Assembly: GCA_965203325.1 (NCBI GenBank)
Contig: OZ241875.1
Coordinates: 1,536,001 to 1,600,000 of the forward strand
DNA: 64,000 bases
Origin: a bacterium
GTDB lineage: Bacteria > UBA8248
Direction: 5' to 3'
Part shown: positions 11,245 to 21,112 of the stretch, in pieces
Position numbering within the stretch: the first letter of the stretch is position 1
Layout: every line of letters starts with the position of its first letter
Notes under the pieces: generated by a model
Databases searched by the model: none
Told to the model about the DNA's origin: nothing
The model's input: only the letters and a program-made list of their open reading frames with translations
Program-made: the position numbers and the translations under genes

Positions 11245-11324
11245 CGCCTCCGAGAAACGTATCCGCCTCCGTGCAGCAACGCCTCCTGAACCAGGCCAGG
11301 AGCGAAGGACGCCTCTTCGGATGA
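11241..11324 (+). pseudogene. Truncated AbiEii-family nucleotidyltransferase toxin (N-terminal 27 aa only)
   Basis: ATGA overlap with the antitoxin stop; MTPPRNVSASVQQRLLNQARSEGRLFG* matches the typical AbiEii N-terminus (ASVxxRLLN). Confidence 0.75.
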
Positions 11325-11420
11325 GCCGATCCCTGCAAACTGGGCCGCGTCCGGCCCATGGAACTGATCTGGATTTTCTTCACATTTTTCTCATATTGAG
11401 GCTGTCCTTGAGATCGCAGC

Positions 11421-11895
11421 CGTAGGGACAACCCCTTGTCAGGGGGGTAGGTGGGGTACTCCCTCCACCGAGGAGAATCCTAAATTCACTCCCCCCTTTT
11501 TTGAGGGGGAGTCGATGAGGCCGAGCCTTGGCGAAGGCCGATTCGGTGGGGGGACATGCCACAGAAAAACTCCCCCCACCGGTTCGGTTTCGGGCAAAAA
11601 CCCCCTCACCTCACCGACTCCCCCTCAAGGGGGGAGTTGATCTTGCTCGTCCATCGGAGTTTTCATACCCCCCTGACAAGGGGGGGTAGGGGGGGTTGGT
11701 TTTCCGGCCAATCGGACAACCACGGGCGCCTGTCCCTACGCCCCGCGTATCGAGACGACCCGTAGGGGCGCTTCGTGAAGCGCCCGTTTCTCCGGCAAGG
11801 GCCGTTCACGAATGGGGGCGGTTCGCGAACCGCCCCTACGGTGGGTGCGGCGTTTGTCCGTCATTCCGAGCAGGGATGATTTTTTCAACAATCCC
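11421..11895. repeat. Composite REP/MITE-like repeat cluster (copy 2)
   Basis: Same units as 9617-10144, including a GTAG-REP doublet at 11762-11839 and TTTTTCAACAATCCC abutting the MMPL stop codon. Confidence 0.85.
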
Positions 11896-14244
11896 CTACT
11901 CCCCCGCCCGCTCTCCCCTCGCCTTCTTCGCCCTCATCAGAAACGCGCCCAGGGCGGGCAGGAGCGCGATGGCGCCGACCATGTTGACGAGGAACATGAA
12001 CGAGAGCACCGTGCCCATGTCGGCCTGGAGTTTGAGGGGCGCGAATATCCAGGTCGCCACCCCCACCGCCAGAGTGAGGCCGGTGAGCACCACGCCCGCC
12101 CCCGTGGTGGCGAGCGTCCGCTCATAAGCCGCCGCGAAATCGAGACCCTCTCTCATATAGGCGAGTAGCCGCCCGCAGATGTATATCCCGTAATCCACGC
12201 CGATGCCGACGCCTAAGGCCACGACGGGAAGCGTCGAGACCTTGAGGCCGATCTCCAGAAACGCCATGAGGGCGTAGGCGAGGAGCGAGACGAGCGCGAG
12301 GGGCGCGATGATGCAGACGGTCGCCGCCAACGAGCGGAAAGACAGCAGGCAGAGCAGGATGACCGCGGCGTAGACGTAGCCCAAGATCGGGAACTGCGAC
12401 GCCTCTATCTCCTCGTTCGTCGCCGCCATCACCCCGACGTTCCCCGAGGCGAGGCGAAAGGTGGTGCGTTCATCGCGCTCCGCCAGGCTGAAGGCCTTGA
12501 CGGCCGAGACGACCCGGCGGATGGTCTCCGCCTTGTGGTCGGCGGTGTAGATGCGCACCGGCATCGCCGAGCAGTCGCCGTTCAGGAGCCCCGTGCTCGT
12601 CGGCACGAGGGAGACCGACTCGGCGAGCGCGTGGCGGTTGCGCGGCAGCGCGCGCCACTTGAGGCTGCCCTCGTTCCAGCCCGCGTTCAGCTTGCGGACG
12701 ATGCCGGGGAGCGCGACCACCGAGCGCACGCCCTCCACGTTCCGCATGCGCCACTCGAACTCGTCGATGAGGCGCATCACGCGGTAATCGACGCACCCCT
12801 GGGGTATGGTCTCGACGATCACGGTCAACACGTCCACGCCGATGTTGAAGCGCTCGACGATGGCGGCGGTATCGCGGTTGTAGGTGGAAGTCGCGCGCAA
12901 CTCCGGCACGCCCTGGTGCTGGTCGCCCACGCGGACCTCGGGCGCATAGCGCGCGCCGAGAGCGAGCAGGACGGCGGCGACGGCTATCGTCGCGATGGCG
13001 GGGCGCGGCCTGGCCGCCCGCGCGGCGCGCTTCCAGAGACCCGCCAAGAGTCCCGGTGAGGCCGCGCGCCCCCCGCCCTCCCCCGGCTTGAGGAAGGAAA
13101 GCGCCACCGGCAGTAATCCTAAGTTCGTCAGGATGATCGCGGCCACGCCCAGGCTGGCGGTGACGGCGATCTCTTGGATGACGCGCACGGGGATGAGCGC
13201 GATGGCCACGAAGCCGATGGCGTCCGAGGCCAGCGCCACCGAACCCGGCAGCAGCAGGCGGCGGAAACTCGCCCGCGCGGCGCGGACGCCGCCGCCCCCT
13301 TCGGCCCCCACCGCGTTCACCATCTGCACCCCGTGGCTCACCCCGATGGCGAAGACCAGAAACGGCACCAGGATCGACATCGGGTCGACGCCGAAACCCA
13401 GGCCCGTGAGCGCGCCGAGCTGCCAGACGACCGCGACGAGCGAGCACGCCAGGGGCATCGCCGTGAGGCGGACCGAGCGGGTGTAGGCGTACACGAAAAG
13501 GGCGGTGATCACGACGGCGAGGCCGAAGAACAGGAGCACCTGCGCCGCGCCGTCCGCTATCTCTCCCACGACCTTGGCGAACCCGATGATGTGGACGTTC
13601 GCGACGCCGCCGGCTTCTGCGTCGCGGCGGATGACCTCGAGCGCGCGCGCGACTTCGAGATAATCGAGCCGCTCCCCGGTGTCCGGGTGGAACTCCTGGA
13701 GCCTCGCGCTCACGAGCGCGCCCGAGAAGTCGTTCGCCACCAGCCGTCCCACGATGCCCGCCTTGATGATGTTCTCGCGCACTCGCGCGAGGCCGGCCCT
13801 GGTGGGCTTGAAGTCCGCGGGCAGCACGTTGCCCGCGACGATGCCGTCCTCGACCACCTCGTTGTAGCGCACGTTCGGCGTGACCACCGAATAGACCTGG
13901 GTGCGGTCGACGCCCGGCAGGAAGAATACGGCGTCGTTCACCTTCTGGAGCAGGGCGAAGAACTCCGGGCTGAAGATGTCGCCCTTCCGCGCGACGAGCG
14001 CCACCGCCACGCGGTCCGCGCCCCCGAAAGCGGCGCGGTGCTTGAGGAAGGTGCGCATGTACTCGTGTTCGAGCGGAATCAGCTTGGTGAAGCCCGCGTC
14101 GACGCGCAGCCCCGACGCCAGCCAGGCCATCGCCAGCGTGACCAGGAGGAACGCCGCGAGCACCCGCTTGCGGCGCGAGAACAGCGCGCGCTCGAGCCAA
14201 GCCGTCACCGAGGATGTCTTGGGAGAAGCGGAGGCGTCCGGCAT
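11896..14244 (-). CDS. RND/MMPL family transporter
   Basis: Two TM repeats with periplasmic loops; motifs PFLVFAIGVSHGVQ and GVGIGVDYGIY; typical partner of DUF1302/DUF1329. Confidence 0.9.
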   Translation of the reverse strand: MPDASASPKTSSVTAWLERALFSRRKRVLAAFLLVTLAMAWLASGLRVDAGFTKLIPLEHEYMRTFLKHRAAFGGADRVAVALVARKGDIFSPEFFALLQKVNDAVFFLPGVDRTQVYSVVTPNVRYNEVVEDGIVAGNVLPADFKPTRAGLARVRENIIKAGIVGRLVANDFSGALVSARLQEFHPDTGERLDYLEVARALEVIRRDAEAGGVANVHIIGFAKVVGEIADGAAQVLLFFGLAVVITALFVYAYTRSVRLTAMPLACSLVAVVWQLGALTGLGFGVDPMSILVPFLVFAIGVSHGVQMVNAVGAEGGGGVRAARASFRRLLLPGSVALASDAIGFVAIALIPVRVIQEIAVTASLGVAAIILTNLGLLPVALSFLKPGEGGGRAASPGLLAGLWKRAARAARPRPAIATIAVAAVLLALGARYAPEVRVGDQHQGVPELRATSTYNRDTAAIVERFNIGVDVLTVIVETIPQGCVDYRVMRLIDEFEWRMRNVEGVRSVVALPGIVRKLNAGWNEGSLKWRALPRNRHALAESVSLVPTSTGLLNGDCSAMPVRIYTADHKAETIRRVVSAVKAFSLAERDERTTFRLASGNVGVMAATNEEIEASQFPILGYVYAAVILLCLLSFRSLAATVCIIAPLALVSLLAYALMAFLEIGLKVSTLPVVALGVGIGVDYGIYICGRLLAYMREGLDFAAAYERTLATTGAGVVLTGLTLAVGVATWIFAPLKLQADMGTVLSFMFLVNMVGAIALLPALGAFLMRAKKARGERAGE

Positions 14245-14254
14245 GGGAATGCGC

Positions 14255-15229
14255 CTATCGGGCCCCGGGCAGGCGTTTGACCCCGAACTCGCCGAGCAGC
14301 AGCACCCGCCCACCGGAAAGCGCGAGCGCTTTCGAGATTCCCAGGCGGGAGGTCAGGGGTTTGAACTTCGGATCGGTCGATACGCTGCGCCCGCCGTCGC
14401 GGCTGACGAGCAGTGCGCCCTCGAGGCCGGTGACGAGCAACAGACCCGGCTTCACGAGGAGCGCTCCGGTGAGGGTCGCTTTCGTCCGCGTGCGAACGCG
14501 CGTCCAGCTCTCGCCCCCGTCGTCCGAGCGATACATGCTGCCCCGCAAGCCGAACAGCAGCAGCCTGTCCGCATCGAGCGCGAGCGCACCGAACCACGAA
14601 CCCGCATAGGGCGAGGGGAGCTTGCGCCAGGTGGAGCCGCCGTCGTCGCTTCGGTAGATAGCCCCCGCTTCCCCAGCGATGAACAGCCGACCGGCGCCTG
14701 CGGGAACGATGGCGTTCAGGTGGAAATCGTCCCTGTCGATGGTGCGCGGCTTCCAGGTGCGGCCGCCGTCCGAGGTGGCGAGGAAATAGCCGTACGCCCC
14801 CACGGCGAAGCCGTTTCGCTCATCGCGGAACCAGACGTCGAGCAGGGGGCGTTCTTCTTTAGGGGCGTAATGGGCCACGCTCCATGTCGCGCCGCCGTCT
14901 TCGGTGCGCAGGATGAGCGCGTCGTGCCCGACCGCCCAGCCGAGGCGCGCATCGCGCATGTGCACGGCGGTCAGCAAGGCGCGGACGGGAACCCGAGCCT
15001 GCTTCCACTTCAAGCCGCCGTCGTCTGAGACCAGCACGTGGCCGCGCTCGCCCACCACCACCAGGCGCGGGCCTGCGGACGCTCCGCCAATCAGCAGGGA
15101 TTCGGGCGCGAGACGGGCCTGAACGGCCGGTTCGGCGTTCGCCGCGCCAATGGGCAGCAGACAGACGATGAGGGCGGGCAGGAGGCGTCGCCGCCGTTTT
15201 CTCAAAACCCCGAAGGTCGCCGCTATCAT
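14255..15229 (-). CDS. YCF48/BNR-repeat beta-propeller protein
   Basis: C-terminal part of ORF 14255-16423 from ATG 15229 (overlaps the upstream stop); repeated SDDGGxxW Asp-box motifs, VGERGHVL. Confidence 0.88.
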   Translation of the reverse strand: MIAATFGVLRKRRRRLLPALIVCLLPIGAANAEPAVQARLAPESLLIGGASAGPRLVVVGERGHVLVSDDGGLKWKQARVPVRALLTAVHMRDARLGWAVGHDALILRTEDGGATWSVAHYAPKEERPLLDVWFRDERNGFAVGAYGYFLATSDGGRTWKPRTIDRDDFHLNAIVPAGAGRLFIAGEAGAIYRSDDGGSTWRKLPSPYAGSWFGALALDADRLLLFGLRGSMYRSDDGGESWTRVRTRTKATLTGALLVKPGLLLVTGLEGALLVSRDGGRSVSTDPKFKPLTSRLGISKALALSGGRVLLLGEFGVKRLPGAR

Positions 15230-16584
15230 CTCCTGCCCATGCGGCGCAGCGCCGAAGGCGTGAAACCTCTGGACGAGTAGTTCGAGCCGAAGACGTTCAT
15301 GGGATACTCGTTGTTGAGCCCCAGCGCGAGGTAGCGCCCCGCCTGAATATCGGTGTGCACCTCGAGGGTAAAGCCCAGCAAGGGTTTTTCGTAATAGTTG
15401 ACGGAGTGCCCCTCGGATACGCGCCAGAGCTGATCCCGGTTGTCGTAAATGTCGGAGAGCAGGATCATCCACGAGTCCTCGTCCACGTAGAACACCCGTT
15501 TCTTGTAGATGTGGCGCGCCCCTTCCTTGAGCGTCGCCTCGACCACCCAGACCCGGTGCAGCTCGTAGCGCAGATATTTCGGATTGACGTGCAGCGGCTT
15601 CAGAACGTCGGCGAAGGTGATCTTGTCGCTGTGCAGCTTGTAGCTGTTGTAGGGCACGTACATCTCGCGCTTGCCGAGTAGCTTCCAGTCGTAGCGGTCG
15701 AGCGCCCCGTTGAACATGTCGAACTGATCGCTCGTCCTGAGCCCGTCCGCGGCGGTGCCCGGATTGTCGTAGGCGATGTTCGGCGCGCGGCGCACCCGCC
15801 GCTGGCCGGGGTTGTACACCCAGGCGTGGCGCGGCTCGGCGACCTGGTTGAGCGTCTCGTAGGCCAGCAGGATCCTTCCCGCCAGACGCGCCGGCGCCGC
15901 CACCTTCTGCCGGAAGAGGATCATCCGGTTGTCGAGTTTCGCCTCCGTCATGCCCGGCAGGGAATAGCGCGCGAGGTATGCGTCCTCGAGCCGGACGAGG
16001 GTGTAATCGCCCCCCCTGGTGACGGCGGCCTGGCCGATGACGCGCGAGGCGGCCTCGCCCCGGTAGCGCAGCAGGTGATTCCAGATCACCTCTGCTCCGT
16101 TTTTGGGAACCGGAAACGGAATCCCGATCACAGCACCCGTCACGCCGCTGCCGCCCTCGGCGAGTTTCGCGGTGGCGGCGACGCGCCTGGTGGCGTCGTA
16201 GATGCGCTTCGGAAACGCGGCGCTGCGCCGGGTCGGGTAGACCGGCAGCCGGAGCGTCGGGTAAAGCTCCACCATCTTCTGGAGCCCGGCCGAGAGCTTC
16301 CCCCGATATTTGTCGAGGTTCGCGCGGGTGATGGTGAAGAGCGGCTTGTCGCCCGGATAAGGGTCGGGATGGTGGTCGCCCACCTTGTAGCCGGCCGGCG
16401 GGGTCGTGATGCCGCCCTTCCACTCCGGGATGGAGCCTTCGGCGTTGCCCCCCCGCTCCGCGCCGAGGGGGGTCAGGTCCTTCCCGAGCCGGGCGATCTC
16501 GTCGGCGGAAACCGCGGCGGAGGCATTGGTCGCGATGAAGGTGAAAAGCATCGCGACGCTGATTCTCAAGATGATGGTTTTCAT
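15226..16584 (-). CDS. DUF1329 family periplasmic protein
   Basis: Signal peptide; motifs LTPLGAER.GN..G.IP.W.GG, YNPGQRRVRRAP and RYELHRVWVVEATLK. Confidence 0.92.
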   Translation of the reverse strand: MKTIILRISVAMLFTFIATNASAAVSADEIARLGKDLTPLGAERGGNAEGSIPEWKGGITTPPAGYKVGDHHPDPYPGDKPLFTITRANLDKYRGKLSAGLQKMVELYPTLRLPVYPTRRSAAFPKRIYDATRRVAATAKLAEGGSGVTGAVIGIPFPVPKNGAEVIWNHLLRYRGEAASRVIGQAAVTRGGDYTLVRLEDAYLARYSLPGMTEAKLDNRMILFRQKVAAPARLAGRILLAYETLNQVAEPRHAWVYNPGQRRVRRAPNIAYDNPGTAADGLRTSDQFDMFNGALDRYDWKLLGKREMYVPYNSYKLHSDKITFADVLKPLHVNPKYLRYELHRVWVVEATLKEGARHIYKKRVFYVDEDSWMILLSDIYDNRDQLWRVSEGHSVNYYEKPLLGFTLEVHTDIQAGRYLALGLNNEYPMNVFGSNYSSRGFTPSALRRMGRR

Positions 16585-16613
16585 GGCGGTTACCCCATTT
16601 TCATCGCTGTTGG

Positions 16614-18809
16614 TCAGAACAGGTATTTGACGGTGGCGGAGACGAAGTCGCGGTCGTTCGCCTGGTTGTGCCTGCCGGCGCCGCCGAACATGGTGAAGCT
16701 CACGTCGAAATGCCAGCGGTTGAGATAGCTCGCGCCCAGCCCGAGGGTCACGGCGGTCCGGTCTTCTATGAACGGCCCGCCCGGACCGGGGCTGGTGCCC
16801 TTCACGTCGTGCTGGAACGACACGCGCGGCGCGACGTTCACCGCGCCGATGGCGTTGAGATACGACAGCCGCGCCGCCAGCCGATAGCCGTAGGAGGTGG
16901 CGCTCGCGAACCGATCCAGCGGATCCGCCGGGAGGCCGGCGTGCGCGCCCGTCGGCGTGGAATGAAAGGGCTCCCCGCTGGTCTGCGTGCCCGGCCCCTC
17001 GAGGCGAAGCTCGCTCTTGTCCGGCATGTCGTGCACGTACATGAGCGCCGCCTCCGCGACGAACGCCAGGCTGTCCGCCCCCAGGGTGGGGCCGAACACC
17101 TTGGTGGCCGTGGCCTGGATCTGGCTCACGTCGCGCTCGATGTAGCCCTGGACATAGCTTTCGGGGGCAAAGACGCCGACCTGGTTCCGGCAGTAGGGGA
17201 AATCATTCGAGCAAGGCCTGTTGGTTGTGGGGTCGATGGTGAGCGGCGTCAGGGCCGCGAAGAACACTTCGGCGTCGTCTATCTGCAGGGGCGCGTCCAT
17301 GCGGTAGGAGAGTTCTCCCTGCAGCGCCCATCCCGAGGTTCCGAGCACGGTGTTGAAGCTCAGGCCGAAGAGCTGGATGTCTTCGGGATATTCGGCGAAG
17401 TAGCTTGCCGTCTTCGTGTAGCGGTCAATGGCGAGGAGGCCGGCCATCCTGCTCACGTTGCTGGTGACCTGCTTGGCGACCTCGCCGGGGACTATGGCGG
17501 CGACTTGCCTTCGAACCTCCGCCTGAATGATCGCCGGCGGCGTGCCGGGCGGAACTTGCGCCGTAACCGCAGCGGTGACCTGCCGGGTGACCGCCTGTGT
17601 TACCAGCGGGGTGACCGCCTGCGTCACCGCCCGTGCGGTCGTGGAAGTGGGCGAACCGACCGCCGCCGCCGCGAAGAGGCCGTCCTGTATCCCCTGCACG
17701 GTGCCGGTGCGCCCGCTCAGGACGGGCAGGCGGCTGTGGTAGTTGACGAAGTAGACGCCGAACTCGGTGTTGTTGAGACCCTCGGCGAGGTAGCGCAGCG
17801 CGACCCCCCACTGGCCGGAGTCTTCGGGTTCGTTGTCCGCATTGCGGAACACGTTCAGGAAATGGGGGTCGAAGGCCGCCTGCGCTCTCTGGGGCAGGGG
17901 CGTCAGGACGCCCGGCGCCGCGGGGCTGGGGATGCGGAAACCACGGAGGTCGGCGTTGATCGCCTGGGTCAGGCCGGGCCCCAACGCCTCGTAACTGAAT
18001 CCCGTGTCGGGGATGGCCCCCCAGCCGAGCACGACCCTCCTCCCGCCCGCGCCGACGAAGTCGCTCGTCGAGAAGAAGCTGCCGGGCGGGTCGATCTCGG
18101 TCTTCTCCCACTTCACCTGGTAGAAACCCTCCACGGAGAGGCTCTCGTGCAGTGAAGCCGAGACGGAGACCATCGGGACCGGCACGAGCCCGTCGCGCAA
18201 CTCCGCGCCCGGCGTTCTCAGTTTGGTCACGTCGAAGGGGTTGATGACGTTGATGCTGTTCTGGATGAAGGTGCTCTCGCCCCAGCTGAGCACGTGATTG
18301 CCGAGCCGAAGGTCGATCGGCGCGCCGCCCAGATCGAACGAGCCGGTGAGGTAGAGATCGAGCACTTCGAAATCGTTTCCGACCAGATCCTTCGCTTCCG
18401 GCGATAGTTCGTCCCGCGCCCTGTCGCCGTTTTCGTTCTCGAAGTCGAAAAAGCCGTGCACGCGGGCGAAGGCGCCGAAGTTCCGGTAGTTGAGGTCGAG
18501 CTCGCCGATGAACTTCGAAGCGTTGCTCACGACGCCTCTGTCGAAGTTGAGGTTGCCGTCGTCGCTGTTGACGGAGGTCGCCGTGCCTCCGTTGGCGATG
18601 CCGAGCAGGTTCTCGTCGCGCTCCCCGACGCGAAGGGTGACGCCGTGCGAGAGCGTGATGTCGAGGCTGCCTTCGAGTTCGCCGTGGGTGAAATCCTCCG
18701 CGCCCGCGGGCGCAGATGAGAAGGCGAAGACAAGGGCCAACGCGCAGGCCGCAAAACGAAGCGAGCGGGAGATGGATTCGAAATCGCCCCCTCGGGAGAG
18801 GCTGTTCAT
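16614..18809 (-). CDS. DUF1302 family outer-membrane beta-barrel protein
   Basis: Motifs NSDDGNLNF, LSWGESTFIQNSINVINP and NYHSRLP; C-terminal DRDFVSATVKYLF. Confidence 0.92.
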   Translation of the reverse strand: MNSLSRGGDFESISRSLRFAACALALVFAFSSAPAGAEDFTHGELEGSLDITLSHGVTLRVGERDENLLGIANGGTATSVNSDDGNLNFDRGVVSNASKFIGELDLNYRNFGAFARVHGFFDFENENGDRARDELSPEAKDLVGNDFEVLDLYLTGSFDLGGAPIDLRLGNHVLSWGESTFIQNSINVINPFDVTKLRTPGAELRDGLVPVPMVSVSASLHESLSVEGFYQVKWEKTEIDPPGSFFSTSDFVGAGGRRVVLGWGAIPDTGFSYEALGPGLTQAINADLRGFRIPSPAAPGVLTPLPQRAQAAFDPHFLNVFRNADNEPEDSGQWGVALRYLAEGLNNTEFGVYFVNYHSRLPVLSGRTGTVQGIQDGLFAAAAVGSPTSTTARAVTQAVTPLVTQAVTRQVTAAVTAQVPPGTPPAIIQAEVRRQVAAIVPGEVAKQVTSNVSRMAGLLAIDRYTKTASYFAEYPEDIQLFGLSFNTVLGTSGWALQGELSYRMDAPLQIDDAEVFFAALTPLTIDPTTNRPCSNDFPYCRNQVGVFAPESYVQGYIERDVSQIQATATKVFGPTLGADSLAFVAEAALMYVHDMPDKSELRLEGPGTQTSGEPFHSTPTGAHAGLPADPLDRFASATSYGYRLAARLSYLNAIGAVNVAPRVSFQHDVKGTSPGPGGPFIEDRTAVTLGLGASYLNRWHFDVSFTMFGGAGRHNQANDRDFVSATVKYLF

Positions 18810-19126
18810 TGGTCGCCCGGCGCGGGTGCGGCGGGTGAAGTGGCTGGAGCGGGCTGGTTGCATGCCAGTGGGTCCCCCCTCGTTGCAGACAAGGTAATTT
18901 ATTTCCTGGAAGTTCTCTTATCTTGTTTTGATGTGCGCTTCTGCAAGATATAGTTATCGCCTTGAGCTAGTCAAGAGAAATTCGAGCGCAACAAACCAGA
19001 AAATGGCGTTTTACGGATTGATTCCAGGATAGCGGTACGAACGAAGTGCTTCGGCGCTCCTGCACCATGGATCACGCCGATCGCGAGTGACCCGATACTT
19101 TTCGTGCCGGCTCTTTTGAGGAAGTG

Positions 19127-20200
19127 CTAACGTACGCGCGTTCCGTCGGGTTCGAAGAGGTAGACGCGCTCGGAGTCGAAGGTGACGTTCAACCGCTCGC
19201 CTTCCTTGAAGCGATCGCTCGCCTCGATGATCGCGATGGTCGGACGCTCGGCGCCGTGCTCGAAGTAGAGCAGCGTGTCCTTGCCGAGGGGCTCGACGAG
19301 CTGAATGTCGCACGAGAAGGCGGCATCCTGGCTTCCCACCACGATGTGCTCGGGCCGCACGCCCAGGGTGTAGTCCCCCGGAGATACGCCCGCGTAGGCG
19401 TCGGGGAGTCTGAATTCAATTCCGGCGCCCGTGAAGGCGGTGGCGCCGTTCGATCCCTCCACCTTCCCCGCGATGAGGTTCATGGAGGGGCTGCCGAAGA
19501 AATCGGCCACGAAGTAGCTGACCGGGTCGTTGTAGATTTCCAGCGGAGTGCCCACCTGCTCGATGACGCCGTCGCGCATCACCACGATGCGGTCGGCCAG
19601 CGTCATGGCCTCCTCCTGATCGTGCGTGACGTAGACGAAGGTTTTCTTGAGTTCCTCGTGCAGCCTGTCGATCTCGGCGCGCATCTCACGCCTGAGCTTG
19701 GCGTCGAGGCTCGAGAGCGGCTCGTCCAGCAGAAAAGCGGCCGGGTCGGTGATGAGGGTGCGGGCCAGTGCGGCGCGCTGCGCCTCGCCGCCCGAGCATT
19801 CGACGGGCAGCTTGTGGAGAAGGTGTGTGATGCGCACCATGTCGGCCACCTCCCGCACCTGCTGTTTGCGCGTTTCCTCCGGCACCTTCTTCATCCGTGG
19901 GCCGAACTCGATGTTCTCGGCCACCGTCTTGTGCGGGAACAGGGCGTGCGTCTGGAAGACCATGCCGACGCCGCGGTCTCCGGGGTCGACGTCGTTCACG
20001 AGCCGCCCGTCGATCTCGATCTCACCCGCAGTGGGCTCCTCGAAACCCGCGATCATGCGCAGCGTGGTCGTCTTCCCGCATCCCGAAGGGCCGACGATGA
20101 CGACGAACTCGCCTTCCTCGATGGTGAAGTCGAGGTTCTTCACGGCCTCGATGTTCCTGCCGAATACCTTGCGTAAGCCCTTGAGTTCGATTCTCGCCAT
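19127..20200 (-). CDS. ABC transporter ATP-binding protein (MalK-like)
   Basis: GPSGCGKTT, FLLDEPLSSLDAKLR and YVTHDQEEA; TOBE-like tail. Confidence 0.95.
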   Translation of the reverse strand: MARIELKGLRKVFGRNIEAVKNLDFTIEEGEFVVIVGPSGCGKTTTLRMIAGFEEPTAGEIEIDGRLVNDVDPGDRGVGMVFQTHALFPHKTVAENIEFGPRMKKVPEETRKQQVREVADMVRITHLLHKLPVECSGGEAQRAALARTLITDPAAFLLDEPLSSLDAKLRREMRAEIDRLHEELKKTFVYVTHDQEEAMTLADRIVVMRDGVIEQVGTPLEIYNDPVSYFVADFFGSPSMNLIAGKVEGSNGATAFTGAGIEFRLPDAYAGVSPGDYTLGVRPEHIVVGSQDAAFSCDIQLVEPLGKDTLLYFEHGAERPTIAIIEASDRFKEGERLNVTFDSERVYLFEPDGTRVR

Positions 20201-20207
20201 TGTCCTT

Positions 20208-21110
20208 TTACCTCTTCACCATTCCGAAAGTGAAACCTCGCACCAGGTGTTTTCGAATAAAAATGCCGATGACCATGAGCGGCAGCGTGATTCCCACCGC
20301 CAGAGCGGCCTGGTGGCCGTAGACGCGGCCCTCGTCGGAGCCTTCGTATTTCGCCAACTGGACGGGCAGCGTCACCACGTCCACCTTCGACAGCATGAGA
20401 GAGAGCAGATATTCGCTCCACGTCAGGATGAGGATAAACAGGAACGTCGCCACGATGCCGGAGCGTATGAGCGGGAATATCACCTCGCGGATCGCCTGCC
20501 ACTTGGTCGCGCCCAGAATCTCGGCGGCCTGTTCGATCTCGACGGGAACCTCGTCCACGAAGCTCTTCGTCATCCAGACGGAATACGGCAGTGTGGTGAT
20601 GAAATAGACGATAATCAGCCCCAGCGCCGTGTCCATCAGATGGATCGCCGAATAGTAGAGCGTCAGCGGCGCCGCCACCACGATGGGCGGAATCATCCTG
20701 AGCACAAGGAGCTGGAACATCCGTATCTCCGATAATATCCGGTACCGCGAGACCCCATAGGCCAGAATGGCTCCGAATGCGACCGAAAGCGCCGTGGCGG
20801 TGATGGCGATGTAGAGGCTGTTCCAGAGCGCCTGCCAGGGCTTGTTCGCCGAAGCCGACTCGTAGCGGGCCGTCTGTGTTTTCTCTTCGGTGGCGGTGCG
20901 GGGACTTTCGGGCCTGCCCCACACGGCCTGGTAATTGACCCAGGAGGCCTCCTTCGACCAGTAGACCGGCGGCCAGGCGTGCCATTCCCAGTCGGGCTTG
21001 AACGAGGTGGAAACTATCCAGAAAATCGGGAACGCCACGATCACCGACCATATGAAAAGCATGGCGTAGCGGAAGATGGTGAACAGGCGCGCCTTCTGTA
21101 CTCGGTTCAT
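20208..21110 (-). CDS. Carbohydrate ABC transporter permease
   Basis: EAA loop (EIEQAAEILGA); about 6 TM segments. Confidence 0.92.
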   Translation of the reverse strand: MNRVQKARLFTIFRYAMLFIWSVIVAFPIFWIVSTSFKPDWEWHAWPPVYWSKEASWVNYQAVWGRPESPRTATEEKTQTARYESASANKPWQALWNSLYIAITATALSVAFGAILAYGVSRYRILSEIRMFQLLVLRMIPPIVVAAPLTLYYSAIHLMDTALGLIIVYFITTLPYSVWMTKSFVDEVPVEIEQAAEILGATKWQAIREVIFPLIRSGIVATFLFILILTWSEYLLSLMLSKVDVVTLPVQLAKYEGSDEGRVYGHQAALAVGITLPLMVIGIFIRKHLVRGFTFGMVKR

Positions 21111-21112
21111 GT

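Noticed and set aside
9617..11895. Possible CRISPR array in the repeat-rich region
   Set aside because: Units are palindromic, of several families and irregularly spaced; there are no constant repeats with unique spacers and no cas genes.
14255..16423. 722-aa ORF as a single fused protein
   Set aside because: The N-terminal ~400 aa is an alternative-frame shadow of the DUF1329 gene; the real YCF48-like gene starts at 15229.
19770..19810. Degenerate ABC signature (CSGGE instead of LSGGQ) suggesting an inactive ATPase
   Set aside because: Walker A/B, D-loop and H-switch are intact; this variation is within the normal range.
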